From the NCBI GenBank assembly GCA_046302855.1, contig JBKCHH010000005.1, positions 26-64,025 of the forward strand: a stretch of DNA of 64,000 nt, read 5' to 3'. A model generated the notes under the pieces. That model was given only the letters and a program-made list of their open reading frames with translations, was not told the DNA's origin and made no database searches. Shown piece after piece: positions 30,228-40,178 of this stretch. Made by a program: the position numbers and the translations under genes. Numbering within the stretch: position 1 is the stretch's first letter; each line of letters opens with the position of its first letter. This DNA is from Alphaproteobacteria bacterium. GTDB lineage: Bacteria; Pseudomonadota; Alphaproteobacteria; Rickettsiales; UBA8987.

Positions 30228-30497
30228 TTATCCTTTTATTTCTTGTGTTACGCCCTTAGCCCTACCAGAAGAAGCAATCACCAACCACTTTTTGGTTTTT
30301 GAAATTGGCCTACTTTCTTCTATAGAAACTAAATCCCCTACCTTATATTTATTATCCTCGTCGTGAGCATAATATTTTTTAGTATCGGTAATAATTTTTT
30401 TGTATAGCTTATGAGCAAATTTTCTTGTTACCTTAACAGTAACAGTCTTATCGCCCTTATCGCTTACCACTACACCATGTAAAACTTTTTTTGACAT
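30228..30497 (-). CDS. rpsQ: 30S ribosomal protein S17
   Basis: 89 aa. [18 protein letters not shown]. Confidence 0.95.
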   Translation of the reverse strand: MSKKVLHGVVVSDKGDKTVTVKVTRKFAHKLYKKIITDTKKYYAHDEDNKYKVGDLVSIEESRPISKTKKWLVIASSGRAKGVTQEIKG

Positions 30498-30502
30498 ATT
30501 TT

Positions 30503-30757
30503 TTATTTCTTAACTCTTTTTTTAACTCTTGCTTCTTTTTTAGAAACCTTTTTTTCCACCACTTCAATTCCTTTTTTTAGCTGGTTAAGCCTTGTGATAG
30601 CCTTTGCTACGGTTTTTCTATTTTTAGAAAACTGGGTAGTATCAGCTATTTCACCAGAATTTTTTTGGAGGCGAAGTTTATATAACTGCTTTTTAGTGTC
30701 AAGCACAATTGTTTTTAGTTCGTCTTCGCTTTTATTTAAAAAATCATTGAATTTCAT
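30503..30757 (-). CDS. rpmC: 50S ribosomal protein L29 with Lys-rich C-terminal tail
   Basis: 84 aa. uL29 core followed by [18 protein letters not shown]. Confidence 0.9.
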   Translation of the reverse strand: MKFNDFLNKSEDELKTIVLDTKKQLYKLRLQKNSGEIADTTQFSKNRKTVAKAITRLNQLKKGIEVVEKKVSKKEARVKKRVKK

Positions 30758-30760
30758 AAA

Positions 30761-31168
30761 TTATACCACTCTTTTTACAAATTTAGTTTTTATAGGAAGT
30801 TTTGAAGCTGCCAAATCAAAAGCACCCCTTGCCACCTCTTCACTCACCCCTTCAATTTCAAACAACACTTTGCCGGGCTTTACTCTAACTGCCCAGAATT
30901 CCACATTACCCTTACCTTTACCTTGACGAACCTCTAAAGGTTTTTTAGAAACTGGCACATCTGGAAAAATTCTTATCCAAAGTTTACCAGTTCTTTTAGT
31001 AAACCTTTGAATGGTAGATCTGCAAGCCTCAATCTGCCTTTCAGTAACTCTTTCTGGCTCTAACGCCTTCAGAGCGTAGGTTCCAAAGCTAACCTTGCTA
31101 CCAGCATAGGCTAGACCATGAATTCTGCCCTTATGAGCTTTGCGATATTTTGTTTTTTTAGGTATCAT
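30761..31168 (-). CDS. rplP: 50S ribosomal protein L16
   Basis: 135 aa. [15 protein letters not shown]. Confidence 0.95.
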   Translation of the reverse strand: MIPKKTKYRKAHKGRIHGLAYAGSKVSFGTYALKALEPERVTERQIEACRSTIQRFTKRTGKLWIRIFPDVPVSKKPLEVRQGKGKGNVEFWAVRVKPGKVLFEIEGVSEEVARGAFDLAASKLPIKTKFVKRVV

Positions 31169-31175
31169 AAGTCCT

Positions 31176-31847
31176 CTATTTTATTAATCCTTTAATTCTT
31201 TTTTCGTGCGAATAGGGATCGTGAGCGGCAATCTCGCCCTTATAAATCCATACCTTTACACCAATTACGCCATAAGTAGTATGAGCTTCTGAAGTAGCGT
31301 AATCAATATCTGCCCTTAAAGTATGAAGAGGCACCTGACCTTCTCTATACCATTCCATTCTAGCAATTTCAGAACCATTTAACCTGCCAGAACAGTTAAT
31401 TCTGATGCCCTTAGCACCAAACTTCATTGTGGTTTGCACCGCTTTTTTCAGAGCCTTTCTAAAAGCAACCCTTCTTTCAATTTGCTGAGTGATAGAATCT
31501 GCAACAATTTTAGCGTCCAGTTCTGCTTTTTTAATTTCAACTATGTTAATTTTTACCTCATCTTTAGTAATTTTACCAACTTCTTTTTTGATGGCATCTA
31601 AATCAGCCCCTTTTTTACCAATTACGATACCGGGTTTTGAAGTAAAAATTACTATCAACATTTTATTGGAAGATCTTTCAATTATCACCCTACTTACACC
31701 AGCGTTTTTTAGCTTTTCAGTGGCAATTTTTTTAATTTGAAAATCTTCGTGCAATTTGGTTTTATACAGTTTTTTTGCAAACCATCTTGAACTCCAAGTT
31801 TTGTTAATTCCTAAACGGAAACCTATTGGATTTACCTTCTGACCCAT
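31176..31847 (-). CDS. rpsC: 30S ribosomal protein S3
   Basis: 223 aa. [13 protein letters not shown]. Confidence 0.95.
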   Translation of the reverse strand: MGQKVNPIGFRLGINKTWSSRWFAKKLYKTKLHEDFQIKKIATEKLKNAGVSRVIIERSSNKMLIVIFTSKPGIVIGKKGADLDAIKKEVGKITKDEVKINIVEIKKAELDAKIVADSITQQIERRVAFRKALKKAVQTTMKFGAKGIRINCSGRLNGSEIARMEWYREGQVPLHTLRADIDYATSEAHTTYGVIGVKVWIYKGEIAAHDPYSHEKRIKGLIK

Positions 31848-31848
31848 A

Positions 31849-32544
31849 CTATACAGCCCTCCTAGCAGTTGCTTGTAATTCTGTTACTTCAATAGTTATA
31901 TTGCTGAAAGGTTTTCTTATTTTAAATGCCCTACCCCTTGCACGGGTGTGGATTCTTTTCATTACCAAACCCTTGCCAACAATAACTTTACTAATTACCA
32001 AATTATCTATGTTTAGATTATGATTGTTTTCTGCATTGGCAATAACTGATTTTAATAGCTCTTTTACTGGCTTCGCGATTCTTTTTCTAGAAAAGTTTAG
32101 CTGCGTTAAAGCATCTGCCACATTTTGATTTCTAATTAGCGCTGCCACTAAATCTAATTTTCTAGGTGAAGTGCGAAGAAGTTTTAAGGTTGCAAATGCC
32201 TTTTTTTCGCCCGCCTTACTTACATTAGCTACCCTTTTATTTTTGCCCTTTCTTGCTTGCTTTTCAGCACCAGTAAGTTCTTTTGTTAGGGGCTTTGCTT
32301 CAATTACTTCATGCTTGTGATCATGGCTGTGACCGTGAGAATGATTATGATTATGATCGTGGCTATGGTCATGCCCGTGGTCGTGACCATGATCATGGTG
32401 ATGACGGTGATCATGCCCATGATGATCTTCATGATGATGAATAGGGTCTTTTTTATTTAACTCATTCACATTTTTTAAATGCTTATGATCATCATGCGAA
32501 GCCGAATGAGGAAAATTGCTATCTGTTTTTTTATCCTTTGTCAT
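31849..32544 (-). CDS. rplV: 50S ribosomal protein L22 with ~100 aa His/Asp-rich N-terminal extension
   Basis: 231 aa. The C-terminal ~115 aa is the uL22 core ([20 protein letters not shown]...[26 protein letters not shown]). The ATG lies 2 nt after the rpsS stop. 28 His in the first 80 residues. Confidence 0.9.
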   Translation of the reverse strand: MTKDKKTDSNFPHSASHDDHKHLKNVNELNKKDPIHHHEDHHGHDHRHHHDHGHDHGHDHSHDHNHNHSHGHSHDHKHEVIEAKPLTKELTGAEKQARKGKNKRVANVSKAGEKKAFATLKLLRTSPRKLDLVAALIRNQNVADALTQLNFSRKRIAKPVKELLKSVIANAENNHNLNIDNLVISKVIVGKGLVMKRIHTRARGRAFKIRKPFSNITIEVTELQATARRAV

Positions 32545-32546
32545 AA

Positions 32547-32849
32547 TTATTTTTTAGCTGCGGTTGAAGCGGCGGCTTGTGCCATCACTTTTTTATCGTT
32601 AGGCGTATGCCCTTTGAATATGCGAGTTGGCGAAAATTCACCAAGTTTATGCCCTACCATCTGTTCTGATACCAAAACAGGCACATACTGTTTACCATTG
32701 TAAACGCCAAAAGTAAAGCCCACAAACTGAGGCAATATGGTAGATCTTCTAGATCTAGTTTTAATTACCGAGTGAGTGTTTTTTGCGTTAAGTGCTTTTT
32801 TTAATAGATGGGAATCTACAAAAGGCCCTTTCCAAACTGATCTTGTCAT
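32547..32849 (-). CDS. rpsS: 30S ribosomal protein S19
   Basis: 100 aa. [21 protein letters not shown]. Confidence 0.95.
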   Translation of the reverse strand: MTRSVWKGPFVDSHLLKKALNAKNTHSVIKTRSRRSTILPQFVGFTFGVYNGKQYVPVLVSEQMVGHKLGEFSPTRIFKGHTPNDKKVMAQAAASTAAKK

Positions 32850-32860
32850 AATTTTATCCT

Positions 32861-33691
32861 CTATTTCTTATGTCTAGATTTTACTATAAAACGGCTAGAA
32901 AGTCTTCTTTTATTTCTAGTTTTTAAACCCTTAGCTGATTGACCCCAAGGCGAAACTGGGTGTCTTCCACCTGAAGTTTTACCTTCACCACCACCTAGTG
33001 GGTGATCAACCGGATTCATTGCAACACCACGCACAGTTGGGCGAATACCAAGCCATCTGCTTCTGCCCGCCTTACCAATGGTTTTATTCGAATTATCTAG
33101 GTTAGAAACCACGCCAATGGTAGCGAAGCAATCCCCATGAATTTTTCTTAGTTCGCCAGAGCGAAGTTTTACCAAAATATAATCACCATCCCTACCAGAC
33201 ACCTGTGCAAAGCTACCAGCAGATCTTGAAAGAACCCCACCGCCACCAACTTTTAGTTCTAGATTGTGGATAAATGTGCCAACTGGAATATTTTTCAGTG
33301 CCATAGCATTGCCAACCTTTATATCAGTTGTTTCATCTGCTATTACTCTATCTCCAGCCTTTAGTTTATCAGGTGCTATAATATAGGCAAGCTCACCTGT
33401 AGATTCATACTTGATTAATGCTATATAGGCTGTGCGGTTAGGATCATACTCAATCCTTTCAACACCTGCAAAAACGCCACGAACTAAGCGTTTGAAATCT
33501 ATAATGCGATATTTCTTTTTATGCCCACCGCCCTTATGACGAGTAGCAATAGTTCCAGCATTTCTTCCCTTTTTTCTATGCACATTTAGGGTTAGAGATT
33601 TTTCAGACGAACCTTTGTAGAGTTCAGACTTATCAACCGCAATATGCCCCCTAGTGCTAGGAGTAGTTGGACTGTAATTTTTTAATGCCAT
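32861..33691 (-). CDS. rplB: 50S ribosomal protein L2
   Basis: 276 aa. [30 protein letters not shown]. Confidence 0.97.
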   Translation of the reverse strand: MALKNYSPTTPSTRGHIAVDKSELYKGSSEKSLTLNVHRKKGRNAGTIATRHKGGGHKKKYRIIDFKRLVRGVFAGVERIEYDPNRTAYIALIKYESTGELAYIIAPDKLKAGDRVIADETTDIKVGNAMALKNIPVGTFIHNLELKVGGGGVLSRSAGSFAQVSGRDGDYILVKLRSGELRKIHGDCFATIGVVSNLDNSNKTIGKAGRSRWLGIRPTVRGVAMNPVDHPLGGGEGKTSGGRHPVSPWGQSAKGLKTRNKRRLSSRFIVKSRHKK

Positions 33692-33705
33692 AGTTTTTTC
33701 CTATA

Positions 33706-34170
33706 TTATATTGATGCGGTTAAATCTATTTGCTTAGTTCCAGAAATTGTAACGATGGCTTTTTTATAGCCACTTCTAACCCCAATTCTGCCTTTAAATA
33801 CTTTAGTTTTTGGCCTTTGATTTAAAATATTTACTTTAGAAACTTCAACGCCATAAATTTTCTCTATTGCTTCCTTCACGCTAGCCTTATTAGCATTTGG
33901 AGCAACTTTGAAAGTGGTTTTAGAAAGTTGGCTTAAAGAAGTTGCCTTTTCAGTAATGATTGGCTTAATAATTAAATCGAAATATTTTGGTTTTAAATCA
34001 ACCTCTTTCTTTTTTTCTTTCGCTGGCTTAACTGATTTTTTAGCCTCTATTTTAGCTTGAACCTTAACCTTTCTTTTAGTTTTTGCTTCAACTAAATGTG
34101 GGTTAGCTTTAAAATTAGCTTCTTTAACCAATTTTTTTGTTCTATTTTTTATTTTGATATTCTTTTTCAT
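33706..34170 (-). CDS. rplW: 50S ribosomal protein L23 with Lys-rich N-terminal extension
   Basis: 154 aa. uL23 core starts near YFDLIIKPIITEKAT and is preceded by about 52 Lys-rich residues. Confidence 0.9.
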   Translation of the reverse strand: MKKNIKIKNRTKKLVKEANFKANPHLVEAKTKRKVKVQAKIEAKKSVKPAKEKKKEVDLKPKYFDLIIKPIITEKATSLSQLSKTTFKVAPNANKASVKEAIEKIYGVEVSKVNILNQRPKTKVFKGRIGVRSGYKKAIVTISGTKQIDLTASI

Positions 34171-34176
34171 AAACTT

Positions 34177-34980
34177 TTAAGCTACCTTTTTAGCTGATTT
34201 TTTTACTGAAGATTTTTTTGCAGATGACTTCTTGGCTGGCTTTTTCTTGCCTTCGTTTTTTGCCTCAGCTTCTTTTCTTGTGGCAATTTTTTTGGTTTTT
34301 CTTTTATTTTCTTGCTCAGATTTTGCTTTTTCTACTTTCTTACCAGCAATACGGTTAAAACCAGTAATTTTTTCTTCTATAGATTGCAAAGCCTCTTTAG
34401 TTAAAACTACATTCCTACAACGCAAGATGGACATTACATTAATTGCCTTTTCTTCTAAAAACCTAGTATTTTTTATGTTGCGAACTGAAAGGTAGAAGTT
34501 TTCGTCCCTTTCTTTATTGCCCACAAAAAGTATTTTGCCCAAATTTAGTTTCTCAACCTTTTTCGCCATATCGTTAGTTGCCACCTTATCTAGCTTAAAG
34601 CTATCAACCACTATAACATTTTTTGAAGCAACCTTATCAGAAAGGGCGTGTTTTAAGCCCAAAATTCTAACTTTTTTGTTAAGTTTAATTGGATTATAAA
34701 TTTTATGATAAGCATGCGCTAAACCACCGCCACGCATTTGAGCTGAACGAAGCGAACCCTGCCTTGCTCTGCCAGTCCCCTTTTGTTTCCACGGCTTTTT
34801 GGTTGTTCCCATTACATCTTTAATGCTTTTGGTTTTTTTAGAACCATAGTGAGAATTAGCAAACTGCCAGTTGTAAACCCTTGCAATCAAGTCTTTGCGA
34901 ACCTTTAAGCCAAACACATCTTTATTTAGCTCAACTGAACCTTTTTTATCGCCATCTAAATTTATTATATCTAATTTCAT
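34177..34980 (-). CDS. rplD: 50S ribosomal protein L4 with Lys-rich C-terminal tail
   Basis: 267 aa. Core KPWKQKGTGRARQGSLRSAQMRGGG, with a tail of about 60 aa ending KKPAKKSSAKKSSVKKSAKKVA. Confidence 0.93.
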   Translation of the reverse strand: MKLDIINLDGDKKGSVELNKDVFGLKVRKDLIARVYNWQFANSHYGSKKTKSIKDVMGTTKKPWKQKGTGRARQGSLRSAQMRGGGLAHAYHKIYNPIKLNKKVRILGLKHALSDKVASKNVIVVDSFKLDKVATNDMAKKVEKLNLGKILFVGNKERDENFYLSVRNIKNTRFLEEKAINVMSILRCRNVVLTKEALQSIEEKITGFNRIAGKKVEKAKSEQENKRKTKKIATRKEAEAKNEGKKKPAKKSSAKKSSVKKSAKKVA

Positions 34981-34981
34981 A

Positions 34982-35647
34982 TTATTTCTTTAACTGAACT
35001 TGTTTTTTTGTTCTTTTTGCAACATCTTTAATTACCACAAAAGAATTTTCAGAACCAGGCACCGAACCCTTTACGCCTAGTAAATTTTTTTCAGCATCAA
35101 TCAATACAACTTTTAAGTTTTCAACTGTAATTTGATCGCAACCGTCATGACCTGCCATTTTTTTGTTTTTGAACACTCTACCTGGATCTTGCCTTTGTCC
35201 AGTTGAGCCATGCGAACGGTGAGAAATTGAAACACCGTGTGAGGCTTCTAACCCTGCAAAGTTCCATCTTTTCATAACACCAGTAAAGCCCTTACCTTTT
35301 GTAATGCCAGTAACATCTACCTTAGAATTTAATTGAAAGTGATTGGCAGAAATAGCATCACCCACCTGCGGTAGAGTAGAATTTTTAGAAACTCTAAACT
35401 CCTTCATAACTTTTTTTGGCTCTAATTTAATTTTGGCGAAATAGCCCTTTTGTTGATTGTTTAGCTTTGATGTTTTTATATCAATGGCACCAACCTTAAC
35501 ATTAACTTCTGTCTCTGATTTTATATCAACAATTTCCAAAACTTGATTATTAGCAAGTTCAAATAAAGTAATTGGCACCGCATCCCCATTATCTTGAAAT
35601 AGGGAGGTCATACCTAATTTTTTTGCTATTATTCCTACTCTTTTCAT
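34982..35647 (-). CDS. rplC: 50S ribosomal protein L3
   Basis: 221 aa. GIIAKKLGMTSLF, GKGFTGVMKRWNF. Confidence 0.95.
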   Translation of the reverse strand: MKRVGIIAKKLGMTSLFQDNGDAVPITLFELANNQVLEIVDIKSETEVNVKVGAIDIKTSKLNNQQKGYFAKIKLEPKKVMKEFRVSKNSTLPQVGDAISANHFQLNSKVDVTGITKGKGFTGVMKRWNFAGLEASHGVSISHRSHGSTGQRQDPGRVFKNKKMAGHDGCDQITVENLKVVLIDAEKNLLGVKGSVPGSENSFVVIKDVAKRTKKQVQLKK

Positions 35648-35651
35648 ATAT

Positions 35652-35972
35652 TTACGCTACATCTAAAATTTTAACATCAACTTCCACACCTGCCGGCAAA
35701 TCTAAGCGAGATAAAGCATCTAGCGTTTGTGTGTTTGATTCTAGTATATCAATTAAGCGTTTTTGCGTTCTTATTTCAAACTGCTCTCTTGATTTTTTAT
35801 CCACATGCGGGCTTCTGTTTACTGTAAATACTTCTCTTTTTGTTGGAAGAGGTATTGGCCCCTTAGACTTAGCCCCAGTTCTACGAACAGTTGCAATAAT
35901 TTCACGGGCAGATTGGTCTATCAACCTATAATCAAAACCTTTCAGTTTTATTCTTATTTTTTGCTTTTCCAT
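35652..35972 (-). CDS. rpsJ: 30S ribosomal protein S10
   Basis: 106 aa. [18 protein letters not shown]. Confidence 0.95.
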   Translation of the reverse strand: MEKQKIRIKLKGFDYRLIDQSAREIIATVRRTGAKSKGPIPLPTKREVFTVNRSPHVDKKSREQFEIRTQKRLIDILESNTQTLDALSRLDLPAGVEVDVKILDVA

Positions 35973-36000
35973 AAATCTGCCCTAAAATTTTTATAAGTTG

Positions 36001-37176
36001 TTATGCGATAATTTTAGTTACCACACCAGCTCCAATTGTTCTGCCACCTTCACGGATAGCAAAACGCAAGCCTTCATCCATCGCAACCGATGCAATTAGC
36101 TCAACTGAAAACCTTGTATTGTCTCCCGGCATTACCATTTCCACACCTTCTTTTAAGGTTACGGAGCCAGTTACATCGGTAGTTCTAAAATAAAACTGTG
36201 GACGGTAGCTTGTAAAGAAAGGAGTATGTCTTCCACCTTCTTCTTTGCTAAGCACATAAACTTCACATTCAAACTTAGTGTGCGGAGTAATTGAACCAGG
36301 TTTTGCTAATACTTGACCTCTTTCAACCTCTTCTCTTTTAGTTCCACGAAGAAGAATGCCCACATTATCACCAGCCTGACCTTCATTTAATATTTTACGG
36401 AACATTTCAACGCCAGTACAGATAGTTTTAATAGTTGGTTTTAAGCCAACAATTTCAATATCTTCACCAACTTTAATTTGACCCTTTTCAATTCTACCAG
36501 TAACAACCGTACCCCTTCCTTCAATTGAAAACACATCTTCAACTGGCATTAGGAAAGGTCTATCAATATCTCTTTTTGGTTGTGGAATGTAAGAATCAAC
36601 TTGGTTTAAAAGCTCACGAATTGAATCTTCACCAATAGCCTTATCCCTTCCTTCAAGCGCAGCTAAAGCCGAACCCTTAACGATTGGGATTTTATCTCCT
36701 GGGAAGTTATATTTAGTTAAAAGGTCTCTTATTTCCATTTCAACCAGCTCTAAAAGCTCTGGATCAGAAACTTGATCAACCTTATTTAAATACACAACAA
36801 TGGCCGGAACGCCAACCTGCCTTGCAAGCAGAATATGCTCACGCGTTTGTGGCATAGGACCATCAGCTGCATTTACAACTAGAATGGCACCATCCATCTG
36901 GGCAGCACCGGTTATCATGTTTTTTACATAGTCTGCGTGACCTGGACAATCCACATGCGCGTAGTGCCTTTTTGGAGTTTCATACTCCACATGCGCTGTA
37001 TTAATAGTAATACCCCTTTCCCTCTCCTCTGGAGCAGAGTCAATTTGATCATAAGCCTTAAATTCACCAAAATACTTAGTGATAGCGGCAGTTAGCGTAG
37101 TTTTTCCGTGATCCACGTGACCTATGGTTCCTATATTACAGTGTGGCTTATTTCTTTCAAATACTGCCTTATTCAT
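36001..37176 (-). CDS. tuf: elongation factor Tu
   Basis: [27 protein letters not shown]. Start taken at ATG 37176 ([12 protein letters not shown]), with AGGAG 10 nt upstream. The 14 upstream codons of the tracked ORF are rejected. Confidence 0.97.
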   Translation of the reverse strand: MNKAVFERNKPHCNIGTIGHVDHGKTTLTAAITKYFGEFKAYDQIDSAPEERERGITINTAHVEYETPKRHYAHVDCPGHADYVKNMITGAAQMDGAILVVNAADGPMPQTREHILLARQVGVPAIVVYLNKVDQVSDPELLELVEMEIRDLLTKYNFPGDKIPIVKGSALAALEGRDKAIGEDSIRELLNQVDSYIPQPKRDIDRPFLMPVEDVFSIEGRGTVVTGRIEKGQIKVGEDIEIVGLKPTIKTICTGVEMFRKILNEGQAGDNVGILLRGTKREEVERGQVLAKPGSITPHTKFECEVYVLSKEEGGRHTPFFTSYRPQFYFRTTDVTGSVTLKEGVEMVMPGDNTRFSVELIASVAMDEGLRFAIREGGRTIGAGVVTKIIA

Positions 37177-37228
37177 AAAATTAATACTCCTTGTTAATGT
37201 TAATAGTTTAACCACCACTTTGCTCTTT

Positions 37229-37302
37229 TGGAGCGGGTGATGGGAATCGAACCCACCTAGCCAGCTTGGAAGGCTGGAGCTTTACCACTAAGCTACACCC
37301 GC
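37229..37302 (-). tRNA. tRNA-Gly (anticodon UCC)
   Basis: 74 nt cloverleaf folded by hand. Acceptor gcgggtg/cacccgc, anticodon arm ccagc-cuUCCaa-gcugg, T-loop ttcgatt, encoded CCA. Confidence 0.9.
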
Positions 37303-37989
37303 TAAACAATTAAAAATTAACTGTTCGCCCTTAAAGCATGACTGGATTTTTCAAGTTCTTCTTAAAAAATTTTTCTTATTTTATAAGAGTTAGAGTTAGT
37401 TAAACTATTAAGCTAGATGGTGCTTTTGCCCCAGCAAAACCCAAGTAAAAATAGCCCTAAAACCTAAAAATTAGATGGCGGTTATAGTAGATAAAATTAT
37501 TATTGCAATAGCTTTTTTTGGACTTTTTTGTGGATTTTTTGGGGTTTCTAGTGGTTTTTCTATAGTTTTTTGCCAAGGCTAGAAGAGATAACTTGAAAAA
37601 TAGGTTTGGGTGTATTATGATGTTTCCCTAATTGACATCTAGTCACCTCAGCCCTAAGAAATTAGGGTCGACTAATTTTACCTAAACAACAGTTTTTTAA
37701 ATTTTTCACTTCTTTCTTTATAAAAAAAAGAAGGAGGGGGGCATTTTAGCCATCCTCCTACGCAACCGCAACCTTAACGCTTAGGTTTAACGCTTAGTTC
37801 GCTTTCTAAGCGCTCTCATTTTCATCACAGACCGGATGAAAAAATAGAGTAGCACCAGCTTTGTGAGCAGCGCTAAAAAAAGTGAAGTGACCAAAACGGT
37901 ACCTCGAAACATGTGAACACCCCTATTCTACCCTACGAAAAAAAAATCAAGAGTAAATTACTGATTTTATGCAGAAAAATATGGGTGTT

Positions 37990-38949
37990 TTAACAAATCT
38001 TTAACAAAGCTCTCTCTATTTCTTTATTACTTCTTTTGTAGCAGTAGGGAATGCCCAAATCTTGCAACTCACTAATTTCAGTAATTAGGGGAATTTCGCC
38101 AAAAAATGCCACCCCTTCTTTTTTGCAGAAAACCTGCACATTGCCATTACCGAAGGGGAATAACTTCTTGCCCGCCACTTCAAAAAAGCTCATATTTTCT
38201 ATTACACCAAGCACTGGAACCTCTAGCTTGCGGAGCATTTCTAAGGCTCTTTTTACATCTATTAACGCCACCTGCTGTGGGGTAGAAACCAAAACTACGC
38301 CACTAACATTATAAGTGCTAAACACGGTTAAATGAATATCGCCTGTGCCGGGGGGCAGGTCTAAAATTAAATAATCACAATCATCCCAACTTGCCTGCAC
38401 CATTAATTGCGAAACGGCTTTTGAAACCATTGGTCCACGCCAAATAAGGGCAGAACCCTCATCCACCAGCATTGCCATAGAAAGCACCTTTACCCCATAC
38501 TTTATAAAGGGAATGATTTTATTATCCTTAATGTCTGGCTTTTTACTTAGCCCAAAAATTTTGGCTATGGAAGGCCCGTGAATATCTAAATCTGCCAAGC
38601 CAACCCTATAGCCCTGCTTTGCTAAAGCCACAGCTAGATTAGCTGCTACAGAAGATTTCCCCACCCCACCCTTGCCACTTGCAACCGCAATAATTTTCTT
38701 TACCCCCTCTATATTTTTTTTGTTAGAAGAAATTTCCAGTTTATTAGTAAAAACAACTGAATTGTTAGCAAAGTGATATTTTTCTTTAACTAACTGCTCA
38801 ATTCTTGCTTTTAGCTTGTCTAATAAATTTTTATTTTGAGAGTCTGTTTCAAGTATTATAATTAAACGATTGTTATCAAAAGAAACTTGGCTTTTTAGCA
38901 AACTTAACTGCTCAATTTCTTTTTTTAATTCTTCCAACTTTGCTTGCAT
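37990..38949 (-). CDS. apbC: Mrp/ApbC-type iron-sulfur cluster carrier ATPase
   Basis: 319 aa. VASGKGGVGKSSVAANLA deviant Walker A, DLPPGTGD. Confidence 0.88.
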   Translation of the reverse strand: MQAKLEELKKEIEQLSLLKSQVSFDNNRLIIILETDSQNKNLLDKLKARIEQLVKEKYHFANNSVVFTNKLEISSNKKNIEGVKKIIAVASGKGGVGKSSVAANLAVALAKQGYRVGLADLDIHGPSIAKIFGLSKKPDIKDNKIIPFIKYGVKVLSMAMLVDEGSALIWRGPMVSKAVSQLMVQASWDDCDYLILDLPPGTGDIHLTVFSTYNVSGVVLVSTPQQVALIDVKRALEMLRKLEVPVLGVIENMSFFEVAGKKLFPFGNGNVQVFCKKEGVAFFGEIPLITEISELQDLGIPYCYKRSNKEIERALLKIC

Positions 38950-38996
38950 AATTATAAATTTTATTTACATAACTAATAATATCACTTTTAAAATAA

Positions 38997-40178
38997 ATGA
39001 AAAAGAAAAAGAAATTTGCTAACCAACTTATCCATTCATTCGCTACTGGGCCTTGGGGTAATTCAGGGGGTAGCTCTGGTGATAATAAGCCCAAACAACC
39101 AGCTAAAGCTATTCAAGAAAAGGGTAAAAACTTTTTTGAAGAGTTAAAAAAGAAAAAGGGCGAATTCGGCGGAAAATTTTTAAAAGACGATGGCAATAAA
39201 TCGCTTATAATCTTAGCTATTATAGTGGTTGCCTTTTTATGGCTAATAAGTGGGCTTCATGAAGTTGATGCTGGCGAGCAAGGTGTTGTGCTTCGTTTTG
39301 GGGCTTATGATAGGTTCGAATTGCCGGGGCTTCGTTACCACCTACCATACCCTATTGAAAAGGCAATTATCGTTCCCGTAGAAAAGGTGAACACAGAAAA
39401 TATCGGCTACGGTCAATCTAAAAATGTGCGTAAGTTTTTCGCTAACAACCAAAATACAAAAGAAAATTCAGTTGAAAAGAAAAACATAGCGGTGCAGGAA
39501 GGCTCGATGCTAACCTTTAACCGCAATATTGTGGTAGTGCCTTTTGCGGTAAACTGGAAAATTAAAGATGCCTATTCATTTTTATTCAACACCAAAGACC
39601 CAATAAATACCATTAGAAGCGTTGCAGAAAGCTCAATGCGGGAAATTATTGCTCAATCTAAATTCATCGATGTAATTGCGCAAGGGAAAGAAAAAATTGC
39701 CGATGATGCCAAAAATCTAATGCAAAAAATTTTAGATGACTACAAAACTGGCATTCAAATAACGCAAGTAAACTTAACCGATGTTCAACCTCCGGAAGAG
39801 GTAAAGGAAGCAATGGATGATGTAAACGGCGCTATTCAAGATAGAAACAAGGCAATAGAGCAGGCAAAGGCTTATAGGAATGATATTATCCCACGGGCAA
39901 GGGGGCAGGCACAACAGGTGATTGAAGATGCTAAGGCCTATTATGAAAAGGTAAAGGCTAATGCAGGTGGTGATTCTGAAAGGTTCCGCCAGATATATAA
40001 TGAGTACAGAAAAAATCCAGAAGTAACTAAAAGAAGGCTATATATAGATGCTATGGAACAGATTTTTACTGGTTCAGAAAAATTAATCTTAGATAAAAAA
40101 GGTTCTGGTGGCGTAGTGCCCTTTCTACCGCTAAATAATTTTGATAACTTTAACAAAGCAACCACAGTACCCAAATGA
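38997..40178 (+). CDS. hflK: FtsH protease modulator HflK
   Basis: 393 aa. N-terminal GPWG, TM, and SPFH/band-7 domain (VLRFGAYDRFELPGLRYHLPYPIE). Confidence 0.88.
   Translation: MKKKKKFANQLIHSFATGPWGNSGGSSGDNKPKQPAKAIQEKGKNFFEELKKKKGEFGGKFLKDDGNKSLIILAIIVVAFLWLISGLHEVDAGEQGVVLRFGAYDRFELPGLRYHLPYPIEKAIIVPVEKVNTENIGYGQSKNVRKFFANNQNTKENSVEKKNIAVQEGSMLTFNRNIVVVPFAVNWKIKDAYSFLFNTKDPINTIRSVAESSMREIIAQSKFIDVIAQGKEKIADDAKNLMQKILDDYKTGIQITQVNLTDVQPPEEVKEAMDDVNGAIQDRNKAIEQAKAYRNDIIPRARGQAQQVIEDAKAYYEKVKANAGGDSERFRQIYNEYRKNPEVTKRRLYIDAMEQIFTGSEKLILDKKGSGGVVPFLPLNNFDNFNKATTVPK

Noticed and set aside
32311-32439. Tandem cat/gat/cac repeats flagged as a possible microsatellite or CRISPR-like array
   Set aside because: The repeats are in-frame His/Asp codons inside rplV, with no repeat-spacer architecture. 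No CRISPR array was seen anywhere in the window.
37177-37218. 14-codon upstream extension of tuf ([14 protein letters not shown])
   Set aside because: The canonical EF-Tu N-terminus begins at the next Met, which has an AGGAG RBS. The extension approaches the tRNA-Gly gene.
37740-37830. Possible tmRNA tag-like frame (ALNLSVKVAVA-stop on the minus strand) in the tRNA-Gly/apbC gap
   Set aside because: No tRNA-like domain, resume-codon context or canonical ...LAA/VAA ending is present. The sequence is better explained as nested taagcg/cgctta hairpins.
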